Shown in pieces: positions 1 through 8,873 of a stretch of 36,275 nucleotides of DNA. Source of the DNA: a virus (lineage: Duplodnaviria > Caudoviricetes). Position 1 is the stretch's first letter; the number at the start of each line of letters is the position of its first letter. The notes beneath the pieces were generated by a model. That model was not told the origin of the DNA. It worked only from the letters and a program-made list of their open reading frames with translations, and made no database searches. The position numbers and the translations under genes are program-made. The stretch lies in the IMG/VR virus record IMGVR_UViG_3300010373_000093, positions 1 to 36,275 of that record, one strand, 5' to 3'.

Positions 1-426
1 CCAAAGACCGGGGGGATTGGTCATACGCCAGTGAGTCACGACCGTTTTGCCGTCGTCATAAACGAGCGGACCTTGGAGTAAATCTCTGGAGTCTGGGTAC
101 TTCTTGATGAACGCAATGAGATCAGTAATGGCTCCCGGTTCTAAAAGAACGTGGCTATCAATACAGAGTACCCACGGCGTTTTGGCCAGACGGAAAAGGG
201 CATCACGCGGAGCGCTTGTTCCCACCAGATCGGGACGGTGCAGATAGGTTCCACCTACTGCCAGAGTTGCGTGATTCGTGCGCTTACAACCCTGTGGTGC
301 GTTGTCAATGACAAGGTATTGACAGGGCGCGTGATAGGTAGCAAGCGCTTGGAGCGTGAAATACACTCCGTCAAAATCATCGTAGGTAGCCATCCCCACG
401 GTAAGGAGAGACTTGTAATCGGTCAT
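1..426 (-). CDS. GT-A fold glycosyltransferase (GT2-like), N-terminal part; runs off window edge
   Basis: Not in the ORF track. Hand translation from ATG 426 (RBS AGGAG upstream) is open to position 1: MTDYKSLLTVGMATYDDFDGVYFTL...YLVIDN...GTSAPRDALFRLAKTPWVLCIDSHVLLEPG. This has the GT2 beta-1, VIDN and DxH motifs. Confidence 0.85.
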   Translation of the reverse strand, partial: MTDYKSLLTVGMATYDDFDGVYFTLQALATYHAPCQYLVIDNAPQGCKRTNHATLAVGGTYLHRPDLVGTSAPRDALFRLAKTPWVLCIDSHVLLEPGAITDLIAFIKKYPDSRDLLQGPLVYDDGKTVVTHWRMTNPPGLW

Positions 427-445
427 TGGTTGCTCCTAGGGCGAA

Positions 446-2650
446 CTACGAACAGTTGGTTGTCGCTTGCTGACCGGGCGTTGTACCGTTAAAGGTAGGC
501 GCGCGACAAATACAGCCACTTCCCGTATGGCAATTATTTGTCGGAGTACTCCAGCTAGAACCAGTCCAGGTAAAGGTACAAGTGCCACAGACTGGAGGCG
601 GTTGCGTTGTCGTGGTCGTTCTACAGTTGGTCACGGCGGTCTGATTGCAACAGCAATCGCATTGGCCGGCTGGCGTGTCGCAAGTGCAACCGGGCTGTGC
701 GCAGCCAACGTAAAGAGTCCACTGAAGACCATAACCGCAGTTCCAGATACATTGCCCGCAAGAGATAGGCGCTATTGTCGTTGTGGCTGGACAGGGTAGC
801 GTGACGTTTGGAAGTCCACCGCAATTGACACAGACGTTACTACAGTTAAAGCTCTGGGTTTGCCCCACAATAGGACAGTAGACAGTATTCGACAGGAACA
901 GACATTGGCAACTACCCGAACAGTTGACGCTCTGTAAAGTCCAGTAGTTGCCAGGAGCGCATTGGTATGTACAGCTACCACAGGGGGGCGGGGTAGTTGT
1001 TGTCGTGGGGATGCAGTTCGCTTTAATCGTACCGACACCACCAATAGGCGGGGGAGGCGCGCCGGGACAGGTGCAATTCGAGTTACAGAGGTTCGTTACG
1101 TTTGTGACGTTGCCAAATACTCCATAAAGGTAGATACAATATCCGCAAAGGGTAGTCGTGGTAGTCGTGGTTGTGGTCGTAGTGGTCGTGGTACTGGTAA
1201 CGCAAGTAGGCGGGTTAGCACAAGAAGTTTGGGCCGTTTCGCACGTCGCTTGTCCCGCGTAGCCAGGAGGACAACAGCCACAGCCAGGAGCGCCTCCGCT
1301 CGTACAATTATTGGCCGTCTGTATCCAAGCTGAGCCATTCCAACTGAAGCAGCAGTTGCCTGAACAGGGCGCGGGCGTCGTTGTTGGTGGTACGGTGGTT
1401 GTCGGGCATTGCCACGGACAGGGAAGGGTACAGGGCGGGGGAGTAGTGCCGCCAGGACAACCGTTCCAACCGCAAGAGGTTTGCGTTGTAGCGCCGCAGT
1501 ACGAGCCAGCTATAGACGGAGAGGGACAAGAGCAACCGCAGCCCGTTACGGCTCCATAGCTTGTGCAACCGCCAAGAGTTAATACCCAAGCAAACCCGTC
1601 CCAAGTCCAGTTGCAATAGCCTCCGCAAGAGGGGGGCGGGGGTGGTGGTACTGTTTGACAGGGAACGCTAAAGACATAGCAATCCGATGGAGTGACGTTA
1701 CCCGGACCTGGACAGAAGCAGTTTGTTGCCACACAGCCATTTGTTACCTGATACCAGCCCAGACCGTTCCAGAACCACGTACAGGCCGAGCAACTCGGTG
1801 AGATGGTTGTGGTGCAAGCGGGCGGTTGCGTTGTGGTTGTTGGCGTTCCCGTGGTTGTGGTTGAGGAACCATTCGGACACCACGGTTGCGGTGGTACGTA
1901 ATAGGAATTAGGCACACAGTAGGTTTGTGTGCATTCACCACCCGCGTTCGTGCATGGGCAATACTGCGGCGTTTCGCACTGACAACCGCCAGAGCAAGTC
2001 GAAGTATTTAGTACCCAGCCCGTGCCAGGCGACCAGTTGTAGACACAGCTACCCGTACAGGGAGCGCTAGTTGTGGTCGTGGTTGTGGTACTAGAACCGT
2101 TGCAATTGGTGGTAGTCGTTTGGCCTGTTTTCGTACCAACAATCGTAGGCGAGATACAAGCGCAGCTAGACGGCGTACAACCGTAGGACTGGATTTGCCA
2201 GGCGCTTCCTGACCAGATGAACGTACAGCTTCCCTGACAGGGCGGTGGAGTCGTGGAAGTGCTGGTCGTGGTGCTGGTTGTACCTACTGCTTCAGCGACA
2301 ACCCACCACACGCCGTAGCGGTCGCGTGAAACTAAAACCCAAGTCGAGCCGGGGATGGGATTGAGGGCAAAGACGGTTTGACTTGTACCGCCGATCTGTT
2401 GGAGCGTTCCAGCCGGGGGAGTTAGTGCCCAGTTGGGAAGAAGCTGATAGATCGGACAGGACGCGGAAGAGAGAGCCGCGTTAATACCGCCTGATGGAGT
2501 CAGGGCCACATAAAGCTCTGCGCCCCAACCAACTTCCTCTTCAACAGCGTCTCGGTTGCGCGTATTGCGCGGAGCCGTCTTGACGAGGTTTAAGAGTCTT
2601 TTAAGCTGTTGTCTATCGCTCTCGCTGAGAACGAAAAAAGCATCGGACAT
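446..2650 (-). CDS. Cys/Thr/Pro-rich repeat protein, probable tail fibre or receptor-binding protein
   Basis: 734 aa. A ~120-aa non-repetitive N-terminus is followed by about 9 Cys-rich modules joined by poly-Thr/Pro linkers. It lies at the distal end of the tail operon and is TAATG-coupled to the upstream gene. Confidence 0.7.
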   Translation of the reverse strand: MSDAFFVLSESDRQQLKRLLNLVKTAPRNTRNRDAVEEEVGWGAELYVALTPSGGINAALSSASCPIYQLLPNWALTPPAGTLQQIGGTSQTVFALNPIPGSTWVLVSRDRYGVWWVVAEAVGTTSTTTSTSTTPPPCQGSCTFIWSGSAWQIQSYGCTPSSCACISPTIVGTKTGQTTTTNCNGSSTTTTTTTSAPCTGSCVYNWSPGTGWVLNTSTCSGGCQCETPQYCPCTNAGGECTQTYCVPNSYYVPPQPWCPNGSSTTTTGTPTTTTQPPACTTTISPSCSACTWFWNGLGWYQVTNGCVATNCFCPGPGNVTPSDCYVFSVPCQTVPPPPPPSCGGYCNWTWDGFAWVLTLGGCTSYGAVTGCGCSCPSPSIAGSYCGATTQTSCGWNGCPGGTTPPPCTLPCPWQCPTTTVPPTTTPAPCSGNCCFSWNGSAWIQTANNCTSGGAPGCGCCPPGYAGQATCETAQTSCANPPTCVTSTTTTTTTTTTTTTTLCGYCIYLYGVFGNVTNVTNLCNSNCTCPGAPPPPIGGVGTIKANCIPTTTTTPPPCGSCTYQCAPGNYWTLQSVNCSGSCQCLFLSNTVYCPIVGQTQSFNCSNVCVNCGGLPNVTLPCPATTTIAPISCGQCIWNCGYGLQWTLYVGCAQPGCTCDTPAGQCDCCCNQTAVTNCRTTTTTQPPPVCGTCTFTWTGSSWSTPTNNCHTGSGCICRAPTFNGTTPGQQATTNCS
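450..2290 (-). repeat. Intragenic array of ~9 Cys-rich modules (C-x-G-x-C-x3-W-x-G-x2-W-x6-C-x3/8-C-x-C-x2-P...T-x-C) with Thr-codon runs
   Basis: Visible in the translation. ACC/ACG/ACA runs occur at e.g. 1150-1200 and 2255-2282. Confidence 0.85.
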
Positions 2651-3210
2651 TAAGCGGGGATAGCGAACAGGGTTAGCCGAGCGGTGCCTGACTTACAACG
2701 TATGACAAGCCGGTTAGCGTCCACTGGCTCAAAGCGCAGGGATTGACCGGGACGGAGAACGGCAAAGGATAGGGGCGGTATTTCTCGTTTGGGAGGGCTA
2801 CGCATCGTGCGGCATTTGGTCAGGTCCGACGCATCGGGTCGAGGCAGGATGGCTAGCTCCAGAATACGCCCCATAACAAGGGCACGCTGTTCGGAAGTCG
2901 GTTGGACCTGAAATTTACCCTCATCGTTGCGAAGAACAAGCTGACTGACGGGCAAGTTTTCGAGCCAACCGACATCAACCTCTTGCCAGTCCTGGCCGAT
3001 CTTGGCTTGGCGCAAGTAAGGTTGTTCTTCTGAGTCAAGCCAGCGGGTAAAGCGCGAGTCAACGGCTACCGGGATGGTTTCGGGCTGTTGAAAGTAGACC
3101 GTCTCCACGACTCCGAAGCGCGCTTTTGTTGTCGCCTTAATTTCGCGCGATGGAGTTTCCTCTGTAGCGCTTGAACTGTCGATTCCAGCGTGAACGGTAT
3201 CTTCGGACAT
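2650..3210 (-). CDS. Putative minor tail protein (beta-rich)
   Basis: 186 aa, RBS GGAG, in the tail operon. Confidence 0.6.
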   Translation of the reverse strand: MSEDTVHAGIDSSSATEETPSREIKATTKARFGVVETVYFQQPETIPVAVDSRFTRWLDSEEQPYLRQAKIGQDWQEVDVGWLENLPVSQLVLRNDEGKFQVQPTSEQRALVMGRILELAILPRPDASDLTKCRTMRSPPKREIPPLSFAVLRPGQSLRFEPVDANRLVIRCKSGTARLTLFAIPA

Positions 3211-3239
3211 GGTTGCTCCGGTGTTTCGGCCATTATTCT

Positions 3240-3659
3240 TTAAGGGTCGAAGGCATCGATACGAAGAATGACATTGGCCGTATCAGCCTTGGCGTGAAGG
3301 GTGGAACGAGTACCGGAGAAAGTTCCGGTGCCGGCTTCTGCTTTGGGTAGTTTGCGCGAGAGGCGCACAACATAAAATTCAGTGGGGAGCAGTTCAACTA
3401 TCGGGTAGAACTCGTTCGTCACATTATCGCGGATGCCTACCGTAACGTAGTTCGTCGAATCGATGTTACATAGTACACACAGACCGCCCATTGCGTCAAG
3501 CTGGGCTAGGCTAATGTCCGTGCCGCTTGTTGTGATTGTTACCGCGCCTGGAGTCGGGCCATTTGTTCCAGAGACGGATGGTTGAAAAGCAGAGGGTTGG
3601 CTCTGATAGACTAAGCCACCTTGAACGATCTGAAGATTGGCAGTTACACGCGCGGACAT
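3240..3659 (-). CDS. Putative minor tail protein (beta-rich)
   Basis: 139 aa, RBS AGGAG, in the tail operon. Confidence 0.6.
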   Translation of the reverse strand: MSARVTANLQIVQGGLVYQSQPSAFQPSVSGTNGPTPGAVTITTSGTDISLAQLDAMGGLCVLCNIDSTNYVTVGIRDNVTNEFYPIVELLPTEFYVVRLSRKLPKAEAGTGTFSGTRSTLHAKADTANVILRIDAFDP

Positions 3660-3668
3660 GGTTACTCC

Positions 3669-4973
3669 TTAAAAGACAAGCGGTATCCCCAGTTGGGTAA
3701 AATCGACTTCTGTATATTTCTCAACGTGGACAAAGCCTTCCGTGGTTGTGTGCGGAAGCGCTACATAATCGGCGGTTTGGTAGCTTGTGGAGGCTTTGTA
3801 GATGCCCATATTCTGAGGAGCAGCCGCGCCGATAAACAGCCAGTAAGAAGAGGAACCAGAAGCGCCCGGTAGTTTTGCTTTATTTTGTTGAAGAGCGATC
3901 CAGTAAGCAGCCGCACCTTCTTGCGTCGTGCCAGAGTTAACAACCGAGCCAGATTGGTAAGTGGTAACGATGTTCCAATCTTCTACATTATCCGAAATGT
4001 TTGGTCCAATAAAGACCCACGGCGCTGCTGGCGGTGTAGGTTGTAGCCCTGGATTGATAAAGGGCAGGATAAACAGGCCACTATCGGTGCCTGTACCGAC
4101 TTGGACACCAGCCGGAAGACCAGCGCCGTTAAGGATACCCTTCATCGGATTACCAAGCCGATCCTTAAAGCGCACAAAATGTTGTGGATTGGAAGCAACG
4201 GGGGGAGAGCCGTTAATCGGATCGAGGAAGTAGGCTCCGGTGGCTCCGTCCCAGTGGCCCGAAAGAACCTTGGTGGCCTCATCGAGTAAGTCACGGTCGA
4301 AGCTATCGGCGCGGATGTCAAAGGTCAAATGGAGCGTGTAGTAGATGTAGCAGGTTCCGTAATAGCGGCGCTCCCACTCAATCTCAGACAGCTTGATGCA
4401 GCGCGCCGGCATTCCCCACAGTTCTTGGTCATTGACGGAGTTACCCATCACCGAAAGGAAAGCGAAGTCAAGCTGCGCTACATTCATCTCGATCTTGACT
4501 TGTGGCCGGTTAGCGTCAAACTCGACTTGCGGTCCTCTCAGGCGCTCGAAAGCGGAGTTGAGGATAGGACGGCCAAAGCGATCCTTGGTAGCTTCTTCCG
4601 AGTAGACGACAAAGCTACCGTTGATTTTCGGCGGTTCCTGGAGCGGGTCTTGAACCTCCGAGTCTTTACAAGCGCGGTCATCTCGATCTGGTGGCTTGGT
4701 CGAGAAAGTAAAGGTAACTTTCCAAAACTCGTTGGGTTCTCCCTCTACTTCAGGCTTGACAGAGGCTTGCCAGCGACACCATGCCCATAGGTCCGCGTCG
4801 TTGTCAATAACCCAGTAGGTTCCAAAGACGGGCAGACCCGGAGTTTGTAGGACGTTGGCCGGGCCGTCTAAGGTACTACCCTGGACGCGGAATGTTACCT
4901 TGTACTCGCGGTGCCCCTCATCGTCGCGCTCGCCTTCCCAAGTCGTTTGGCCAGGCAGAAGTACGGTTGCCAC
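3669..4973 (-). CDS. Tail tip/distal tail protein with possible carbohydrate-binding (CBM5/12-like) insert
   Basis: Immediately downstream of the tape measure gene, GTG start coupled to its stop. Motifs WNIVTTYQSGSVV and YKASTSYQTADYV resemble W-x4-Y-x2-G-D-x-V repeats. Confidence 0.6.
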   Translation of the reverse strand: MATVLLPGQTTWEGERDDEGHREYKVTFRVQGSTLDGPANVLQTPGLPVFGTYWVIDNDADLWAWCRWQASVKPEVEGEPNEFWKVTFTFSTKPPDRDDRACKDSEVQDPLQEPPKINGSFVVYSEEATKDRFGRPILNSAFERLRGPQVEFDANRPQVKIEMNVAQLDFAFLSVMGNSVNDQELWGMPARCIKLSEIEWERRYYGTCYIYYTLHLTFDIRADSFDRDLLDEATKVLSGHWDGATGAYFLDPINGSPPVASNPQHFVRFKDRLGNPMKGILNGAGLPAGVQVGTGTDSGLFILPFINPGLQPTPPAAPWVFIGPNISDNVEDWNIVTTYQSGSVVNSGTTQEGAAAYWIALQQNKAKLPGASGSSSYWLFIGAAAPQNMGIYKASTSYQTADYVALPHTTTEGFVHVEKYTEVDFTQLGIPLVF

Positions 4974-7915
4974 TAAAGACCTACCTTTCCAACACCTGAA
5001 AGGCGCACGCGCCGTTCGTAGGTTCCGACCTTATCCGTCAGCGCCACGTAGATTTTTTCAAGAATTGCTTCCATGCCTCCAGTGCCTCCCCCTCCAGGCG
5101 CGGAAGGTGCTGGAGGTCCGACAAATTCGGGCAAGCCCTCGCGCACGTCAGGAGCGAACTTTCTTGACGTGCCCTCTTCGGCTGCACCGGATACTCCAGG
5201 AATCGAGAGTTTCTCGTAATACTCCTGGATACGGCTAGCGGCCTCAGCGGAACCAATTAGCGCTGCTTCCCACTTATGTATCTCTTTCTCTCCAGCCTCA
5301 AAACCTTTGGCGGGGTTAATATCTCCAGCCTTTTTCTGATCGGCTGCTTGTTGCTTGGTCGCCTTCGCTATCAGGTCTTGAAGCTCTTTAACGCGCGCCT
5401 TTGCCTTCTTGACTTCATCGGTTTCGACGACCCCAAACCCTTTAGCCGCGCGGTCAATGACACCTTTCTGCCATTCCAATTCTAGATTGAGCTTTTCGAT
5501 AGCATCTTCAGCAGCTTTGGCATCTTCTGCCATGCCTGCATATCCGTGCGCTTTAGTGCTGAAGTAGCCTTTACGAGCCGAGTTTAGTAGGTCCGTGACT
5601 TGGGTTTGCGCTTTGACTAGAGCATCAGTGCCGCCAAACATATTGGCTAGGTTAGAACCGCGCGAAGCTTCCAAGAGACCTGTAACGATGTCATAGATCA
5701 TCTGGAAGAACTGGCGCTTTATATCCGTGACAAGCTCTGTCCAGGCGCGAAGGAATGGGACTTTGAGGTTAAGTGTGAATGCTGTCCATCCAGCTTGTAG
5801 CACATCCCAAGCGCTCTGAGCTATCTTTTGTAGGAAGTCAAAAAGAGGGGGCCAAGTTGATTTAATTTCCTCTACCGCCAGATTAAACCCAGCCACAAGC
5901 ATCTCCCAAGCCAGGTCCATACCACTGGAAGCGGTAGTAACGCCCTTCATCTCCTTCTTTACCTTTTCAATCGTCTCTGGTAGCAAAAGCGCAGCATGGT
6001 ACACAGACATAAAAATGCCAAACCATTCGGAGAGAAGTTCTCCGACATGGGCAATAGGTCCGGACTGGGCTGGAATGGCGAGAAGAACATCTAGAAAACT
6101 GGCCCCAGCAATTTGCGCTGCTGAGAAGCCAGCTACAAACACGGCTCCAAAAGACAGGGCAAAGCCTAAAAGCGCTGAAGCAGTGCCGAGTATTGCTCCC
6201 CCAACGGCCATAACGGTACTGCCCAGTCCAAAAAGAAGAGCGATGAGAGGAGAGATAATGAGTTCCCAAGCGCCAAAAGCGGCTACGGCAAGAACGATGG
6301 CTCCAACCAGTAAGTTGATTCCAAAAGTGGCTACCGTTTCAGCCGCATCAAAGGCGATAGTCGCCAGAGTTGCTAAAGATATAGCGCCTGTATAGATGCC
6401 CCAAGCGAAGCTGCCGAGCATCGTAAAGAAATCTGCTACAGCTTTGGTAGCTGTAAGGGTTATGGTCATCACACCGACGACAGCATATTGCAGACCAAGT
6501 AAGGTGTTTTTGAATACTTCGTGAACCATCTGCGCGCCATTAAGGAGCAGATAGACGCTGAAAAGAGCCAACTTCCAACCAAGCCAAGCCACAGTTAAAG
6601 CAGTTATCTGAGCCGCTTGTAACGCGAGCGCTCCTAAGAATTTAGCTCCGGCCAAGATACCTGAGATAGTGGCGAGCGTTACCGAAGTGGCGAGAAGGGC
6701 CGTATTATAGCTTAGGACGGCTAGGCGCATAAGTGCCTGCCCAGCGGCAATAGCCAACTGCTTAATATAGAGCGTAGTAATCAAGAAGTTAAAGAGGGCT
6801 ACCGTTCCCGAAAGGATACGCCAAGCGGTATAAACCCCTGTAAGCCCAGCCGCAATAAGGGCTAGACCTAAGACTAGGCGCTGGTGTGTCTGGATGAACT
6901 GACCGAGCCAGCCTATGACCAACTGATAAACTTCCTGGACCTTGGTTTGAACGATCTGCCAGGCTTCCGAAACGCCTCCTACAGACTTAACCCAGATGGC
7001 GGTTGCTACGGCTAGACCCGTAAAGAGAACGGACAAGGGAGAGATAGAAGTAGTTAAGCGCATTAGTAAGGAGAAAAAGCGCATAGCTGGTCCCGCCGTT
7101 GTCAGTACCAAGATGAAGGCACCAACTGCAACAACCATCTCCTTATACTGAGGATTGAGCGCACGGACCCACTTAACCGAGTCGGTAAGAAACTGGATGA
7201 TCGGTTTGGCGTAGCGAGAGATGATCTGCCCTAAGTCTTCCCGAAGTCCCTGAAGGCTGTTTTGGAGTAGCTTGATTTGACCGGATACGGTCTTCATCAT
7301 CTCGGCCTGAGCTTCACTGCCCATACCGAGTGTGCGCTGTATTTCCTTCTGAACAAATTCGTTATGTTCGGCTGGGCTTTTGCCTTGCTCACCACCCCCA
7401 CCTGTACCACGTCCACGCCGTAGAGTGGGAATAAACTGAGCGAGAGCGAAATAGTTACCAGTACGCTGGTAGACCGAAAGAGCAGCTAAAGCGCTAGAGG
7501 CCGAACCCCTCCCTAGTGCTTCTAGGTCGGATGCCCAGCGCACCGCATTCTTGGCCTTTTCGCCGATCATGCCAAGAGCTTCTGCTTGCCCTAAAAGGCC
7601 GATTACGGAAGTGCGCGACTGAAGACTTGTCGCCTGCATGAGACTAACGAACTCGCCATAGTCCTTTAGCGTAGACTCGACATTGCGTCCCGTGGCTTTA
7701 ATAGCCGCACCAAGCTGAACGGTAGCTGTCTCGAAATTAGCGAAAGATCCAAGCGCTTCTTTCGCTCCAGTTAGTTCGGCTACAGAGGCGAGCGTTTCGG
7801 CCACGGTCTGGCCGAACTGCTTTGTCTTCTGTACAGCTTCTTTCAGCATGTTCTGAAAAGAAGTGCCATCCCCTGTAAGCCGAACGATCAGATTTTCTAG
7901 CTCGGTGCCGTCCAT
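4973..7915 (-). CDS. Tape measure protein
   Basis: ~980 aa, Ala/Gly-rich helical with long hydrophobic segments. N-terminus ELENLIVRLTGDG. The probable start ATG 7915 overlaps the upstream TGA, and the gene follows the tail chaperone. Confidence 0.9.
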   Translation of the reverse strand: MDGTELENLIVRLTGDGTSFQNMLKEAVQKTKQFGQTVAETLASVAELTGAKEALGSFANFETATVQLGAAIKATGRNVESTLKDYGEFVSLMQATSLQSRTSVIGLLGQAEALGMIGEKAKNAVRWASDLEALGRGSASSALAALSVYQRTGNYFALAQFIPTLRRGRGTGGGGEQGKSPAEHNEFVQKEIQRTLGMGSEAQAEMMKTVSGQIKLLQNSLQGLREDLGQIISRYAKPIIQFLTDSVKWVRALNPQYKEMVVAVGAFILVLTTAGPAMRFFSLLMRLTTSISPLSVLFTGLAVATAIWVKSVGGVSEAWQIVQTKVQEVYQLVIGWLGQFIQTHQRLVLGLALIAAGLTGVYTAWRILSGTVALFNFLITTLYIKQLAIAAGQALMRLAVLSYNTALLATSVTLATISGILAGAKFLGALALQAAQITALTVAWLGWKLALFSVYLLLNGAQMVHEVFKNTLLGLQYAVVGVMTITLTATKAVADFFTMLGSFAWGIYTGAISLATLATIAFDAAETVATFGINLLVGAIVLAVAAFGAWELIISPLIALLFGLGSTVMAVGGAILGTASALLGFALSFGAVFVAGFSAAQIAGASFLDVLLAIPAQSGPIAHVGELLSEWFGIFMSVYHAALLLPETIEKVKKEMKGVTTASSGMDLAWEMLVAGFNLAVEEIKSTWPPLFDFLQKIAQSAWDVLQAGWTAFTLNLKVPFLRAWTELVTDIKRQFFQMIYDIVTGLLEASRGSNLANMFGGTDALVKAQTQVTDLLNSARKGYFSTKAHGYAGMAEDAKAAEDAIEKLNLELEWQKGVIDRAAKGFGVVETDEVKKAKARVKELQDLIAKATKQQAADQKKAGDINPAKGFEAGEKEIHKWEAALIGSAEAASRIQEYYEKLSIPGVSGAAEEGTSRKFAPDVREGLPEFVGPPAPSAPGGGGTGGMEAILEKIYVALTDKVGTYERRVRLSGVGKVGL

Positions 7916-8780
7916 CAATCCTTCTTGGGTTCTTTGTATCCGGCCAGCGCCTTCCATTTGGCTATTGCTAAAGCGCGCTGATCCTTGCGGGATTGCCGTT
8001 TCTCTTTACGGGTTAGAGGTTTTTTGCTCTCAAATTTCAGCCTAAAATTGTCCGGTGTTATCTCGTTGGGGTTACGGGAAAGGACACGCCGAACTTCACA
8101 GGTCAGGGCCATTAAGTAGTGGTCAGTACGATTAGGGCGGTTCCAGGACAGGTCTTCATAGCCCTGCCATGCAAGGTACTGGCGATGCGTGACAGGACCG
8201 GCCCAGTTGAGAAGATCGTGGAGAGGCTGGCCCAGCCGTTCGGCAAGCTGGAGCCAGCCATGCCACGATAGCGCTAGTTTTTTGCCGCTAAGCTCTCTTC
8301 CGAGTTCTCCTTACTCTTTTTCAGCTTTCCTAAGCGCTTCTGAAGATCAGCAATTTTCTTCTCCAGACTCTCCATCGTTTCGACTTCGTTAAGTCGGCTA
8401 ATCTCTTTAACTCGTTCAAAGAGCGGGCCGACGAGACGCTGAGGCCAACTGCGCACGACCGAGAGAGGAACCTGATGCTTACGGTCCACGTTACCGCGCG
8501 CATCGAGGATAAGGTTCCCATCCGGTCCAGGGCTAAAGAGACAAAGGGCCACAAGCAGTGGTTCACTATCGGCCATGCCACCGAGACTAATGGTCTTTAC
8601 GCCATCGTCTTCAGACTGGCGCATGGTCGTGCCAGCCAATTGCGCATTACGCCACTGGGCCACGGCATCGCCGAAAGCTTCTGTCAAGAGGTAGGTTTTG
8701 CCCTTGTACGTCACAGGGATTTGGATGAGGGCAAGGTCGTCCTCATCGAAATTCATCGGGGAAACGTCGATTTGCGACAT
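7915..8780 (-). CDS. Tail assembly chaperone, frameshifted long form (lambda gpGT-like, ~288 aa)
   Basis: Slippery A AAA AAC at 8283-8277 directly before TAG. The -1 frame is open 8280-7915 (KLALSWHGWLQLAERLG...RTDHYLMALTCEV...). Confidence 0.85.
8274..8780 (-). CDS. Tail assembly chaperone, short form (gpG-like)
   Basis: 168 aa, between tail tube and tape measure, ends ...AAKN at the slippery site, RBS AGGAG. Confidence 0.85.
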   Translation of the reverse strand: MSQIDVSPMNFDEDDLALIQIPVTYKGKTYLLTEAFGDAVAQWRNAQLAGTTMRQSEDDGVKTISLGGMADSEPLLVALCLFSPGPDGNLILDARGNVDRKHQVPLSVVRSWPQRLVGPLFERVKEISRLNEVETMESLEKKIADLQKRLGKLKKSKENSEESLAAKN

Positions 8781-8804
8781 GGTTGCTCCTTAAAGGTTAG
8801 AGGT

Positions 8805-8867
8805 AAAAAATCCGCTGGCCGGCAGAGAACTCCCAGTGTGCCGCCGGTTTCTACCGGCGCAGCGGAT
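8805..8867 (-). terminator. Branched hairpin plus U-tract downstream of the tail tube gene
   Basis: Minus strand: ATCCGCTG...CAGCGGAT outer stem enclosing CGCCGGT-AGAA-ACCGGCG, then TTTTT. Confidence 0.55.
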
Positions 8868-8873
8868 AGTCGC

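Noticed and set aside
1150-1200. GTGGTAGTC-like tandem repeats resembling a microsatellite or CRISPR array
   Set aside because: They are Thr codon runs inside the fibre gene. There is no repeat-spacer structure and no cas genes.
446-2650. Diversity-generating retroelement target, or eukaryotic contamination
   Set aside because: No RT or near-identical TR/VR pair was seen in the window. The gene is translationally coupled within the phage operon.
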